A DNA stretch of 64,000 bases from contig OY762897.2 of NCBI GenBank assembly GCA_963666515.2, positions 736,001 through 800,000 on the forward strand, given 5' to 3'. The stretch's first letter is position 1, and the number at the start of each line of letters is the position of its first letter. The notes below the pieces were generated by a model. The model was given only the letters and a program-made list of their open reading frames with translations. It was not told the DNA's origin and searched no databases. Shown one piece after another: positions 41,319 through 54,589 of the stretch. Source of the DNA: Candidatus Binatia bacterium. GTDB lineage: Bacteria > Desulfobacterota > Binatia > UBA9968 > JAJDTQ01. A program made the position numbers and the translations under genes.

Positions 41319-42476
41319 ATGCAAGCCCTTTGCCGCGCCCTGACCGCCGCCGCTCTCTGCCTTGCCGTCGGCGGCCCGCCGCCTGCCGGGGCGGAGGGGG
41401 CCGACGAGCCCGCGGACCTGAGGCAGCGCATCCGCGAGGGACGGGCCGCGCTCGACCGGGTCCGGCGCGGAGAGTCGTCGGTGCTGGAGGTGCTGGACGA
41501 GATCGGCGCCGCCCTGGACCGCAAGCGGCGGCGGCTGGATACCCTGAATTCACGGTTGCGGCAACGCGAGCGCGACGTGGCCGAAGCGGTGCGCGCGGCC
41601 GGCGAGGCCGCCGAGGCGTTGGACGAGGGACGGGCCGCGCTGGCCGGCCGGGTGCGGGCGCTCTACCGGTGGCAGCGGGCTGGAACGCCGTTCGTGCTGC
41701 TCAACGGCGAGTTCTCGGTGGTCGAGCTGATGCGTCGCAGGCGGCATCTCGAGGCGGTGCTGTCCCGGGACCGCGCGCTCATCCGGACGCTGTCACGGAA
41801 CGTCCGCCGGAGCCGGAACCTTCAGGCCAGCGTGGAAGTCCGGCGCCGGGAGCTGTCGGAGGAGCGCGACGCGGTGGCCGCGTTGCGGGACGAGCTGCGG
41901 GAGGAGCGCGCGCGCAGACAGCAGACCCTCGGCGCGCTCCGGCGCGAGCGCGCGCTTCGGGAGCGGGCGTTGGAGGAGCTGGAGCAGGCCGCCCGCCGTC
42001 TCCAGGGCATCATCACCGGCTCCGGGAAAAGCCCCGCGCCAGCCCGGGGGCCGCGGCCGGCCGCCGGCCTCGCCGCGGCCGGTCTGGACCTGCCGGTGGC
42101 CGCGGGCAGGATCGTCGGCGGCTTCGGCGTCCACAAGCACCCGGACCTGAACGTGGACGTGCACCGTCCGGGGATCGAGATCGCCGCGCCCGCAGGCGCC
42201 GAGATCCGCGCCGTGGAAGGCGGCAGCGTGCTCTACGCGGACCGCTTGTCGGGCTACGGAAACATGCTCATCATCGACCACGGCAGGCGCTACTACACGG
42301 TGTACGGCCACCTGTCGAGGCTCGACAAGGCGTTGGGCGACCGGGTGGAGCGGGGCGAGCGCATCGCCTGGGTCGGAGAGGGCGCGCCGTCCGGCCGCTC
42401 CCGCCTCTACTTCGAGGTCCGGAAGAACGGCAAGCCGGTGGACCCGGTCCCCTGGTTCCGCCGGCGGGCGCGTTGA
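41319..42476 (+). CDS. envC: EnvC-like coiled-coil/M23 murein hydrolase activator
   Basis: Coiled coil, GYGNMLIIDHG, YTVYGHL, LYFEVR..GKPVDP. Confidence 0.88.
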   Translation: MQALCRALTAAALCLAVGGPPPAGAEGADEPADLRQRIREGRAALDRVRRGESSVLEVLDEIGAALDRKRRRLDTLNSRLRQRERDVAEAVRAAGEAAEALDEGRAALAGRVRALYRWQRAGTPFVLLNGEFSVVELMRRRRHLEAVLSRDRALIRTLSRNVRRSRNLQASVEVRRRELSEERDAVAALRDELREERARRQQTLGALRRERALRERALEELEQAARRLQGIITGSGKSPAPARGPRPAAGLAAAGLDLPVAAGRIVGGFGVHKHPDLNVDVHRPGIEIAAPAGAEIRAVEGGSVLYADRLSGYGNMLIIDHGRRYYTVYGHLSRLDKALGDRVERGERIAWVGEGAPSGRSRLYFEVRKNGKPVDPVPWFRRRAR

Positions 42477-42553
42477 CCGGGGTTTGCGGCGCAGGTCCCG
42501 GCACACTAGAATCGACTGCAATCGACGTGCAATCGACGCGAGGAGATCCTGTG

Positions 42554-43852
42554 ATGAATCTTTGGAATCGACGGCGCCGCCTCTTCGGCTGGTTTCTCGC
42601 TCTGGGCTGGGTGCTGTTCCTCGCCGGACTGCTGGCGCCGCGGGTCGCGGCCGTGGGTTCCGGCGCCTATCAGAGCCTGGAGACCTTCGCCAACATCCTC
42701 GCCATCGTCCAGCGGCACTACGTCAAGGAGGTGGAGACGGAAAAGCTCGTCACCGGGGCCATCGAGGGCATGCTGGAGTCTCTGGACCCCCACAGCTCCT
42801 ACTTGGCCGGGGAGGCGTACCGGGAGCTTCAGACCGAGACCGAGGGGCGGTTCGGCGGGCTGGGGCTGGAGATCACCGTGCGCAACGGCGTCCTGACGGT
42901 GATCTCGCCCATAGAGGACACCCCCGCGGCCCGCGCCGGAGTTCAGCCGGGCGACCAGATCGTCGGCGTCGACGACCAGTCCACCGAGGAGATGAGCCTG
43001 TCCGAAGCCGTCAACCGGCTGCGCGGCCCCCGTGGTTCCAGCGTCACCATCTCGGTGCGGAGAAAGGGCCACGACAAGCTGCTGAAGTTCACCATCGTCC
43101 GGGACGTGATCGAGATCAGCAGCGTGCGCGCGCACGTCCTGGAGCCCGGCTTCCTGTACGCGCGCATCGCGCAGTTCCAGGAACGCACCAGCGACAACCT
43201 GAAAGCCGTGTTGAAGAAGAACCAGCCGGAGGGAGAGGCCATCAAGGGTCTGGTCCTGGACCTGCGGAACAACCCGGGCGGGCTTCTGAGCCAGGCCGTG
43301 GGCGTTTCCGACCTGTTCCTCGATTCGGGTCTGATCGTGTACACGGACGGGCGTCTGAGCCAGCAGAAGCAGAAGTTCTCCGCCAGCCGGGACGGCTCGC
43401 GGACCGACTTCCCCATGGTCGTGCTGGTGAACGGCGGCAGCGCCAGCGCCTCGGAGATCGTCGCCGGCGCCCTCCAGGACCACAAGCGCGCGCTGGTGCT
43501 GGGCGCCAGGACCTTCGGCAAGGGGTCGGTGCAGACCATCCTGCCGCTGGACGGCCGCTCGGCCCTGCGCCTCACCACCGCGGAATACTATACGCCCAAC
43601 GGCCGTTCGATACACGAGACCGGGATCGAGCCCGACATCGTCATGGACCGGAGCGCGCAGCCTTCGCCGCCCCGCGAAGAAGCGCAGGGCGAGGACGCCG
43701 GCGCGGCGGGCGAGCGCCCGGATCGGGAGGCGGTCGGCTCGGACAGCATGGCGCAGCGGGTGAAGAACGACCCCCAGGTGGGACGGGCGCTGGAGCTGCT
43801 CAAGGGCTGGGAGATGTTCCGCGGCCTCGGCGGCTCGGACAAAGCCACCTGA
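42554..43852 (+). CDS. ctpA: Carboxy-terminal processing protease (S41)
   Basis: LDPHS, PDZ GLGLEI, DLRNNPGG, SASASEIV, TFGKGSVQ. Confidence 0.95.
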   Translation: MNLWNRRRRLFGWFLALGWVLFLAGLLAPRVAAVGSGAYQSLETFANILAIVQRHYVKEVETEKLVTGAIEGMLESLDPHSSYLAGEAYRELQTETEGRFGGLGLEITVRNGVLTVISPIEDTPAARAGVQPGDQIVGVDDQSTEEMSLSEAVNRLRGPRGSSVTISVRRKGHDKLLKFTIVRDVIEISSVRAHVLEPGFLYARIAQFQERTSDNLKAVLKKNQPEGEAIKGLVLDLRNNPGGLLSQAVGVSDLFLDSGLIVYTDGRLSQQKQKFSASRDGSRTDFPMVVLVNGGSASASEIVAGALQDHKRALVLGARTFGKGSVQTILPLDGRSALRLTTAEYYTPNGRSIHETGIEPDIVMDRSAQPSPPREEAQGEDAGAAGERPDREAVGSDSMAQRVKNDPQVGRALELLKGWEMFRGLGGSDKAT

Positions 43853-45114
43853 TGCCGCCAGGCAGCGACCCGATGCGGCCGAGCGCGATGTCCCGTCCTT
43901 CCTATCACTACCGTGTCTCACCGCCCGCCGCGGTGCTCACGGTCAGCGAGCTGAACGAGGTCATCAGGGACCGGCTGGAGACCGGCCTCGACGCCTTGTG
44001 GGTGGCGGGCGAGATCTCCAACGTGCGCTTCCCCCCGTCGGGACACGTCTATTTCACCCTCAAGGACGAGCAGTCGCAGATCGCCGCGGTGCTGTTCCGC
44101 CGCCATGCCGAAAACCTGCGCTTCCGCCTGGAGGACGGCATGGATGTGGTGTGTTCGGGACGCGTGGGCCTGTACACGGTGCGCGGCGCGCTGCAGTTCT
44201 ACGCGGTCGAGGTGGAGGCGCGCGGCAAGGGCGCGCTGGCGGTCGCTTTCGAGCAGTTGAAGAAGCGGTTGTCGCAGGAAGGGCTGTTCGACGTCGAACG
44301 CAAGAAGCCGCTGCCGTTCCTGCCGCGCACCATCGGCATCGTCACGTCGCTTCATGGCGCGGCCGTGCGCGACATGCTGACCATCATCGGCCAGCGGTTT
44401 CCCGACCGCCGGGTGGTGGTGCGGCCGGTGCGGGTGCAGGGCGAGGGCGCCGCCGAGGAGATCGCGCAAGGAATTAGCGAGATCGATGAGGCCGGCATGG
44501 CGGACGTCCTGATCGTGGGCCGGGGCGGCGGTTCGCTGGAGGACCTCTGGGCCTTCAACGAGGAGGTGGTGGCGCGGGCCATCGCCTCGGCCCGGGTCCC
44601 GGTCGTGTCCGCGGTGGGACACGAGATCGACGTGACCATTGCGGACTTCGTGGCGGACCGGCGGGCCGCCACTCCCACGGCCGCAGCCGAGGCGGTCCTT
44701 CCCCTCCGGCGCGAGCTGGCGGACCGGGTGGCGGGGCTCACGCGGCGGTTGCGGCGCGGGGCGCACGGCCGCCTGGAGCGCCGGCGGGAGAGCCTGCGGC
44801 ACTGGATCCACCGCCTCGCGGACCCCAGCCAGCGTCTCCGCCAGGGGCAGATGCGTCTCGACGACCTGTCGCTGCGGCTGTGGCGCCGCCAGGAGGACCG
44901 GCTGTTGCGGCTGCGGGAGCGCCTGGGCCATCTCGCCGGACGGCTGGGCGGCGTCGATCCGCTGGCGGTCCTGCGGCGCGGCTACAGCATCGTCTACCGG
45001 GTCTCCGACGGCCGCATCGTCAAGGACGCCGCCTCGCTCCGCAAGGGCCATCGCGTACGCGTGAGTTTCGCCGCCGGGCGGGCGGTATGCCAGGTGGAGG
45101 AAGTGGAGGACTAG
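43852..45114 (+). CDS. xseA: Exodeoxyribonuclease VII large subunit
   Basis: GEISN..SGHVYFTLKD, GRGGGSLEDLWAFNEE, SAVGHE, ATPTAAAE. Confidence 0.96.
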   Translation: MPPGSDPMRPSAMSRPSYHYRVSPPAAVLTVSELNEVIRDRLETGLDALWVAGEISNVRFPPSGHVYFTLKDEQSQIAAVLFRRHAENLRFRLEDGMDVVCSGRVGLYTVRGALQFYAVEVEARGKGALAVAFEQLKKRLSQEGLFDVERKKPLPFLPRTIGIVTSLHGAAVRDMLTIIGQRFPDRRVVVRPVRVQGEGAAEEIAQGISEIDEAGMADVLIVGRGGGSLEDLWAFNEEVVARAIASARVPVVSAVGHEIDVTIADFVADRRAATPTAAAEAVLPLRRELADRVAGLTRRLRRGAHGRLERRRESLRHWIHRLADPSQRLRQGQMRLDDLSLRLWRRQEDRLLRLRERLGHLAGRLGGVDPLAVLRRGYSIVYRVSDGRIVKDAASLRKGHRVRVSFAAGRAVCQVEEVED

Positions 45115-45156
45115 AGACCTGGAGACCGATCCAGGCCGACAACCCAGGGAGTCAGG

Positions 45157-45444
45157 ATGTCCCAGGAAGACAAGACCCAGGACGACGACAAGCAGGACGA
45201 GGAGACGCAGGAGGCGAGGAGTTTCGAGGAGTGTCTCGAGGCGCTGGAGAAGGTCGTGGAGCGCATCGAGAGTGGGGAGTTGAGCCTCGAGGATTCGCTG
45301 GCGACCTTCGAAGAGGGTGTGCGGCTGGTCCGGTCCTGCAACCGGAAGCTCAACGACGTCGAGCGGCGAATCGAGGTGCTGACCAAGGATTCGGACGGCC
45401 GCGCCCGGTTGCAGGAGCTGGTGGAGGACGAACCTCCGGACTGA
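45157..45444 (+). CDS. xseB: Exodeoxyribonuclease VII small subunit
   Basis: SFEECLEALEKVV..IESGELSLEDSL..FEEG. Confidence 0.95.
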   Translation: MSQEDKTQDDDKQDEETQEARSFEECLEALEKVVERIESGELSLEDSLATFEEGVRLVRSCNRKLNDVERRIEVLTKDSDGRARLQELVEDEPPD

Positions 45445-45484
45445 CCGGCGCGTCCGGCACGGCGACGATGGGAGCGAACGGACC

Positions 45485-46282
<798 letters not shown>

Positions 46283-46322
46283 TTGGCTATAGTTCGACTG
46301 ACCCAAGGAGAGAACACATCGT

Positions 46323-46523
46323 ATGACAGGGGTTCGGATCAAGGACAACGAGTCCATCGAGAGCGCCATCCGGCGTTTCAAGAAGCAGTGCGAGAAAGCC
46401 GGGATACTGGCGGAACTGCGCAAGCGGGAACACTACGAAAAGCCGAGCGTCAAGCGCAAGAGGAAGGCCATCGCAGCCAAGAAGCGCGCCATGAAGCGCG
46501 CGCGAAGTCACCAGTGGTACTAG
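46323..46523 (+). CDS. rpsU: 30S ribosomal protein S21
   Basis: [29 protein letters not shown]. Confidence 0.98.
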   Translation: MTGVRIKDNESIESAIRRFKKQCEKAGILAELRKREHYEKPSVKRKRKAIAAKKRAMKRARSHQWY

Positions 46524-46573
46524 TGTGGCGTCCTGCGTGTGACGCGGGGCGCGGGTTGCCCCAATAGGCCGTT

Positions 46574-47107
46574 GTGAACATCGTTGACGCAGTGTTGGCA
46601 GCAGTCCTGTGCGTGTTTGCCGCAAGGGGGTACGTCAAGGGGCTGTTCCGTGAAGTGTTCGCCCTGCTGGGCCTTTCGGTCGGCTTCGTCGTGTCCTGGC
46701 GGTACTACGAACCGTTTTCCCTCTGGGTCGATTCCTGGCCCTACTCGCCGTTCATCCTACAAGGCATCGTTTTCGTCGCCCTCTTCTTCCTGACTTACAT
46801 CGCGCTCAACTGGGTGGGGTCCGTGCTCCATCGGTCGGCAAGCGTCCTGTTCCTCGGCGGGTTCGACCGGCTTGGAGGCCTGCTGGCGGGCGGCTCCAAG
46901 GGCGCCCTGTTTCTCGGCCTGGGGCTTTTCTTCGCCGTCTCCCAGGCATGGATTCCGCAGAATTTTCAACAGCAGTTCGGCAAGGCGGCCCTGGTCGCCC
47001 CTCTTTTCGGCTTTGGGGCGTGGGTAGTGGAGCAGGGCGCCTCCTTTACGCAGCCGGATGCACCGGCACCGCTGCCGGCGGCGAGCGGCCTGCAACGCGG
47101 CGCATGA
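46574..47107 (+). CDS. cvpA: CvpA family membrane protein
   Basis: NIVD...GYVKGLFRE, LGGFDRLGG. Confidence 0.9.
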   Translation: MNIVDAVLAAVLCVFAARGYVKGLFREVFALLGLSVGFVVSWRYYEPFSLWVDSWPYSPFILQGIVFVALFFLTYIALNWVGSVLHRSASVLFLGGFDRLGGLLAGGSKGALFLGLGLFFAVSQAWIPQNFQQQFGKAALVAPLFGFGAWVVEQGASFTQPDAPAPLPAASGLQRGA

Positions 47108-48818
47108 TCTCGGATCAGACCACTCAAGAGGTTCGCGCGCGCGCCTCCATCGTGGAGGTCGTTTCCGACTACGTGACGCTCAAGAAGGCCGGCCGGAACC
47201 ATTCCGGGCTGTGTCCCTTCCACTCCGAGAAGACCCCGTCGTTCACCGTCAACGAGGAAAAGGGGGTCTTCTACTGCTTCGGATGCCAGGCCGGGGGCGA
47301 CGTCTTCAAGTTTCTCATGCTCTATGACGGGCTCACCTTCCCCGAGTCCATCGAGCGCCTGGCGGAGCGGTACGGCATCGCCGTCGCGGTTTCCGAGTCC
47401 GGCGGCGGCAGCAGGCGCCGCGACCTGTTCCGGTTGAACGAGCAGGCGGCGGACCTGTTCCATGACCTGTTGCTGAATCCCTCCCAGGGCGTGCGCGCGC
47501 GCGCCTACCTGGAGCGGCGCGGCGTGGACGAATCCCTGTGGCGGCGTTTCCGTCTCGGCTTCGCGCCGCGGGGCGACGCCCTGGCCCGCCGGTTCCGCAG
47601 CCACGGCGTGGCGCCGGCGGATGCCGCGGAAGCGGGACTGGTGGTGGAGAGGGAGCCGGGCAACTACCGCGACCGGTTCTTCGACCGCGTCATCTTCCCC
47701 ATCACGGAGCCGGGCGGCAAGGTCGTCGGCTTCGGCGGCCGGGTCATCGACGACGGCGCCCCCAAGTACCTCAATTCGCCGGAGACGCCGCTCTTTCACA
47801 AGGGCGCGCAGGTCTACGGCCTGCGGGAGGCGCGTGAGGGAATCCGCGCCAACGACCGCGTGGTGGTGGTGGAGGGCTACCTGGACGTGCTGGCGTTGGC
47901 GCAGTTCGGCGCAACCCACGTGGTGGCCACCCTGGGCACGGCCCTGACGGCCGATCACCTGCGGCTTCTGGGGCGGTACACGCGCAACGTCACCGCGTTG
48001 TTCGACGGCGACGCCGCGGGGCGGAACGCCGCCGCCCGCAGCTTCGAGGTGTTCCAGCAGGCCGGCCTCTGGGGCCACGCCGCGTTCCTGCCCGAAGGCT
48101 CGGACCCGGACACGTTCGTCAGGACCCAGGGGAAGGCCGCGCTGGACGGCGTGCTGGAGCGCGCGACGCCCATCGTGGACTTCTATCTCAACTGGCTGCG
48201 GGACCGCCACGGCAGCGACCTCGGCGGCAAGAGCCGCCTGGCCAGCGAGGTCAGCCGGATGCTCGCGAAGGTGACCAACCCCCTGGACCGGGACGTGCTG
48301 GCGCGGCGGGCGGCGGACCTGCTGGGCATTCGCGAGGAGTCGTTGCGCCGGCACGCGGCCAGCGCGGCGTCCGGTGGGAGCGCGCGCACGGAAGCCCCCG
48401 GCCGGAAACGAGAGGGTGGTTGGGCTCTGGGCGAAGACCGCGCGGAGGCCGTGCTGGTAGCGCTGATGCTGCGGTTCCCGTCGGTGGTGGAGGCGTTGCG
48501 CCGGCAACCCATGGACAAGCTCGTGACCGAGAAATGGCGCGACGTGATCCGGCGCATCCTTGCGGCTCCCGAGGCCGGCGGCGCGACGACGGCGGGCATG
48601 CTCACCGAGGGCCTCCAGCCCGAGTTCGCCGCGGAGATCAGCGCCCTGGTGTTGCGCGGGCAGGAGATCGACGAGAAGGAGCGGGACCGCATGACCGCGG
48701 ACTGCCTCTTTCACTTGCAGCAGCGGTATCTGAGGCGGCTCGACCAGGAGCTGTGCAGGGCGATCCGCGTGGCGGAAGAGACTCGTGACGACGAGGCCAA
48801 GAAAGAGAGGATGCGGCA

Positions 48819-50669
<1,851 letters not shown>

Positions 50670-50720
50670 CGGTCGATGCGGCGCCCGCGGACTTCCAACA
50701 ACCGCCTGCACGCCATTTCC

Positions 50721-50797
50721 GGGCCCATAGCTCAGTTGGTTAGAGCCACCGGCTCATAACCGGTAGGTCCCTGGTTCGAGTCCAGGTGGGCCCACCA
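50721..50797 (+). tRNA. tRNA with CAU anticodon, most likely tRNA-Ile2 (lysidine-modified)
   Basis: GGGCCCA/TGGGCCC acceptor stem, D arm TAGCTCAGTTGGTTAGAGC, anticodon loop CT-CAT-AA, GGTTCGAGTCC, CCA end; paired 1:72 excludes initiator. Confidence 0.93.
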
Positions 50798-50899
50798 TTC
50801 CCCTCACCAAGTCACAACCCGAGGCACGCAGCAGGAGCGAACTGGTTCGGGAGGCATTGCTCCGCTATATTGAGGAGTGTAAGCGGCGGAGAGAATCCA

Positions 50900-52945
50900 G
50901 TGAGCGCCCTGAACATCAGCAGCTTCATATGGAGCATCGCGGACGACGTGTTGCGCGATGTCTACGTGAGGGGCAAGTACCGCGACGTCATCCTGCCCAT
51001 GACCGTCATCCGGCGCCTCGACGCGGTTCTGGAACCGACGAAGGACGCCGTGCTCCGCATGAAGGAGCAATTGGATGCCGCCGGCATCGCGAACCAGGAG
51101 CGGGCGCTAAGCCAGGCCTCCGGCGAGGCTTTCTACAACACGTCCCCCTTCCGGCTCCGCGACCTGACATCCCGCGGACGGCGCCAGCAGTTGCGGGCCG
51201 ACTTCGAGTCATACCTGGACGGCTTCTCGCCCAACGTTCAGGAAGTCCTGGAGAAGTTCAAGTTCCGCAACCAGATACCGACCCTGGTGGACGCGGACGC
51301 GCTGGGCTTCCTGCTGGAGAAGTTCCTGGACAGCTCGATCAACCTCAGCCCCCGGCCCGTCCTCAATGACGACGGCTCCGTGCGCCTGGAGGGGCTGGAC
51401 AACCACGGCATGGGCACGGTCTTCGAGGAACTGATCCGGCGTTTCAACGAGGAGAACAACGAAGAGGCGGGGGAACACTTCACGCCCCGGGACGTGGTGC
51501 AACTCATGGCGCGCCTCGTCTTCCTGCCGGTCGCCGATGAGGTCACGTCCGGCACCTACCTGGTGTACGACGGCGCGTGCGGCACCGGCGGCATGCTTAC
51601 CGTGGCGGAGGAAACGCTCCTGGAGCTTGCCGCCGAGCAGGGCAAGGAGGCGTCGGTCCACCTGTACGGGCAGGAAGTCAACCCGGAGACCTACGCCATC
51701 AGCAAGGCCGACCTCATCCTCAAGGGTGAGGGTGGCGAAGCCAGCAACATGCGGTACGGCTCAACTCTCTCCGCCGACGCCTTCCCGGCTCACGAGTTCG
51801 ACTTCATGCTGTCCAATCCTCCCTACGGCAAGAGTTGGAAGAGCGACCTGGAGCGCATGGGCGGAAAGTCGGGCATCAAGGACCCGCGCTTCGTCGTGGA
51901 GCACGACGGCAACCCGGCGTACTCGCTGATCACCCGGTCCAGCGACGGCCAGATGATGTTCCTGGCCAACATGCTGAGCAAGATGAAGCGGGATACGCCG
52001 ATGGGCAGCCGAATCGCCGAGGTGCACAACGGCAGCGCCCTCTTCACCGGCGACGCGGGGCAGGGCGAGAGCAACATCCGCCGCTGGATCATCGAGAACG
52101 ACTGGCTGGAGGCCATCGTCGCCCTCCCGTTGAACATGTTCTACAACACGGGCATCGCTACCTACATCTGGGTGCTGAGCAACCGCAAGCCAGCGCATCG
52201 CCGCGGCAAGGTGCAGCTCATCGACGCAACGCAGTGGTCCCGACCGCTACGCAGGAACCTGGGCAACAAGAACAGCGAGTTGTCGGACGAGGACATCCGG
52301 CGCATCTGTGATGTATTCCGTGCCTTCGAGGAGACGGAGCAGTCGAAGATATTCCCCAACGAGGCCTTCGGTTACTGGAAAGTCACCGTGGAGAGGCCCC
52401 TGAGACTGGAGGGGATTGATCCCGAACGGGTCTATACCTCCAAGGAGGTTCGGGACCTCAAGGACAAGGGGGAGCCCTCGAAGGATGCGCCGCCGATCAT
52501 CAGGAAGGTCCACAGAAGGGTCGGCGACGCGGACCCGCTACGCGGCCTGTTCCAGATGACCGTTGCCGGTAAGCCGGTTGTCGTGGAGTACGAGCCGGAT
52601 ACCGCGCTTCGAGATACGGAGCAGGTGCCGCTTCTGGAAGAGGGCGGCATTGACGCGTTTTTGCGCCGCGAGGTTCTGCCATACACCCCGGACGCGTGGT
52701 ACGTGCCGGACAGCGTGAAGGTCGGGTACGAGATCAGCTTCACACGCTATTTCTACAAGCCGCAGCCCATGCGAACGCTGGACGAAATCCGAGCCGACAT
52801 CCTGGCCCTGGAAAAGGACACGGACGGGTTGCTTGGGGAGGTACTGGGGTTCGAAGTCCGGCTTGGCGAAACAGCTAAAGAGGACGAAACGCCGACCGAG
52901 GCCGAACCGTCAATCCACGGCGGAGACAACGATGGACGTCAATGA
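50900..52945 (+). CDS. hsdM: Type I R-M methyltransferase subunit
   Basis: FIWSIADDVLRD, AGEHFTPRDVV, YDGACGTGGML, SNPPYG (m6A), FYNTGIATY. Confidence 0.96.
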   Translation: MSALNISSFIWSIADDVLRDVYVRGKYRDVILPMTVIRRLDAVLEPTKDAVLRMKEQLDAAGIANQERALSQASGEAFYNTSPFRLRDLTSRGRRQQLRADFESYLDGFSPNVQEVLEKFKFRNQIPTLVDADALGFLLEKFLDSSINLSPRPVLNDDGSVRLEGLDNHGMGTVFEELIRRFNEENNEEAGEHFTPRDVVQLMARLVFLPVADEVTSGTYLVYDGACGTGGMLTVAEETLLELAAEQGKEASVHLYGQEVNPETYAISKADLILKGEGGEASNMRYGSTLSADAFPAHEFDFMLSNPPYGKSWKSDLERMGGKSGIKDPRFVVEHDGNPAYSLITRSSDGQMMFLANMLSKMKRDTPMGSRIAEVHNGSALFTGDAGQGESNIRRWIIENDWLEAIVALPLNMFYNTGIATYIWVLSNRKPAHRRGKVQLIDATQWSRPLRRNLGNKNSELSDEDIRRICDVFRAFEETEQSKIFPNEAFGYWKVTVERPLRLEGIDPERVYTSKEVRDLKDKGEPSKDAPPIIRKVHRRVGDADPLRGLFQMTVAGKPVVVEYEPDTALRDTEQVPLLEEGGIDAFLRREVLPYTPDAWYVPDSVKVGYEISFTRYFYKPQPMRTLDEIRADILALEKDTDGLLGEVLGFEVRLGETAKEDETPTEAEPSIHGGDNDGRQ

Positions 52946-53087
52946 AATAGTCTTCAAGGTCACTGAAGCGGATGAACGTGGAATCGAAGCCCGGGCTCTT
53001 GGCTACGGCATCTTCACGCAGGGAGATGACTTGGCCCTGGAGAAGGAAGCCGTGGGACTGTTCGCAAAAGACTTGGAAAGATTGTAG
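52932..53087 (+). pseudogene. Truncated HicB-like antitoxin fused to a second copy of an HsdM-like C-terminus
   Basis: EIVFKVTEADERGIEARALGYGIFTQGDD resembles HicB-like N-terminus; then LALEKEAVGLF resembles HsdM LALEKDTDGLL. Confidence 0.55.
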
Positions 53088-53107
53088 GGGCGACCGGCTG
53101 GTCGCCC
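53084..53107 (+). repeat. GTAG-type REP palindrome
   Basis: GTAG-GGGCGACC-GGCT-GGTCGCCC. Confidence 0.65.
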
Positions 53108-53125
53108 GCTGCGGTGCACACAAAG

Positions 53126-54589
53126 ATGACCCGAGTTCTACAGACTTATCCTGGCTACAAGCCCTCTGGTGTCGAATGGCTCGGTGATGTGCCGGTGCAT
53201 TGGGAGGTGCGGCGGTTGTGCACCGTCGCTGAAATGCGGGTAAGCAGCGTGGACAAGCATACTACGGAGGGTGAATTTCCTGTTCGCCTGTGCAACTACG
53301 TCGATGTCTACAAGAATGACCGTATCACTCAGGCTATGCCATTTATGAGTGCAACAGCGTCGCGGGATGAGATCGCAAGATTCCGGCTAGCACGAGGTGA
53401 TGTGCTCATCACAAAGGACTCCGAGGCTTGGGACGACATTGGTGTCCCAGCTTTAGTGACGGAGCCGGCCGATGATCTTCTCTCTGGCTACCATTTGGCC
53501 TTGCTACGGCCCTTCAAGGAGATGCTAGGAGCATATCTAGATCGAACTTTGCAGAGCAAGACTGTTGCCTACCAGTTTCATGTCGAGGCGAATGGTGTTA
53601 CGCGATATGGCCTTACCCAAATGGGCATTCAATCCATTCGTGTTCCTCTTCCTCCTCTCCCAGAGCAGTCTGTCATCGTCCGCTATCTCGATTACGTGGA
53701 CCGGCGCATCCGGCGCCATGTTGCGGCCAAGCGAAAGCTCATCGCCCTGCTGGAAGAGGAGAAGCAGGCCGTCGTCAATCGGGCCGTCACCCGAGGCATC
53801 GATCCTAACGTGCCCGTCAAGCCGTCCGGCGTTGAGTGGCTGGGCGACGTGCCGGCGCATTGGGAAATGCGGAGGGGCAAACGGCTATTTAGTCCCCGCC
53901 GAGAATTGGCCAAGCCAAACGACGTCCAGCTATCTGCAACGCAGGCATACGGAGTCATCCCCCAAGACGAGTACGAGCGGAAAGTAGGTCGGAGGATCGT
54001 GAAGATATCCCTGCACCTCGACAAGCGCCGCCATGTCGAAGTGGACGATTTTGTCATCAGCATGCGCAGCTTCCAGGGTGGTTTGGAGAGGGCTTGGGCA
54101 ACCGGATGCATCCGCTCATCCTACATTGTTCTTCGCCCGACCATTGAAGTTGATGTGGAATTTTTTAGCTATGTATTCAAATCACGGGCCTACATACAGG
54201 CGCTACAGTCAACAGCCAACTTCATTCGGGACGGGCAGGACCTAAACTTCAATAACTTTTGCGCAGTGGACTTACCTTTTCCTCCTGCTGACGAGCAAAG
54301 GGAGATCGCCGTGGCTCTCGGAGAAGCCACCGCCAACATTGATACGTCTATCGCCCGCGCGCGCCGGCAGATCGCCCTAGTGCAGGAATACCGCACCCGC
54401 CTCATCGCCGACGTGGTGACGGGCAAGCTGGACGTGCGCGAAGCGGCGGCGCAACTCCCGGATGAGTCCGGCGAGGAAGGCCCTGTAGACGAGGATGGCC
54501 TCATCCTGGACAATATGGACGACGGCTCCGATGACATCAGTGAACCACGAGAAGAGGAGCCGGAAAGGGAAAGCGAGGTGATCCCATGA
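53126..54589 (+). CDS. hsdS: Type I R-M specificity subunit
   Basis: Two KPSGVEWLGDVP.HWE repeats, PLPPLPEQ and PFPPADEQ, EYRTRLIADVVTGKLDVR; lower-GC TRDs. Confidence 0.95.
   Translation: MTRVLQTYPGYKPSGVEWLGDVPVHWEVRRLCTVAEMRVSSVDKHTTEGEFPVRLCNYVDVYKNDRITQAMPFMSATASRDEIARFRLARGDVLITKDSEAWDDIGVPALVTEPADDLLSGYHLALLRPFKEMLGAYLDRTLQSKTVAYQFHVEANGVTRYGLTQMGIQSIRVPLPPLPEQSVIVRYLDYVDRRIRRHVAAKRKLIALLEEEKQAVVNRAVTRGIDPNVPVKPSGVEWLGDVPAHWEMRRGKRLFSPRRELAKPNDVQLSATQAYGVIPQDEYERKVGRRIVKISLHLDKRRHVEVDDFVISMRSFQGGLERAWATGCIRSSYIVLRPTIEVDVEFFSYVFKSRAYIQALQSTANFIRDGQDLNFNNFCAVDLPFPPADEQREIAVALGEATANIDTSIARARRQIALVQEYRTRLIADVVTGKLDVREAAAQLPDESGEEGPVDEDGLILDNMDDGSDDISEPREEEPERESEVIP

Noticed and set aside
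50721-50797. Initiator or elongator tRNA-Met call
   Set aside because: Paired G1-C72 and no GGG/CCC anticodon-stem run exclude the initiator; sequence and position after rpoD favour Ile2, though elongator Met is not fully excluded.
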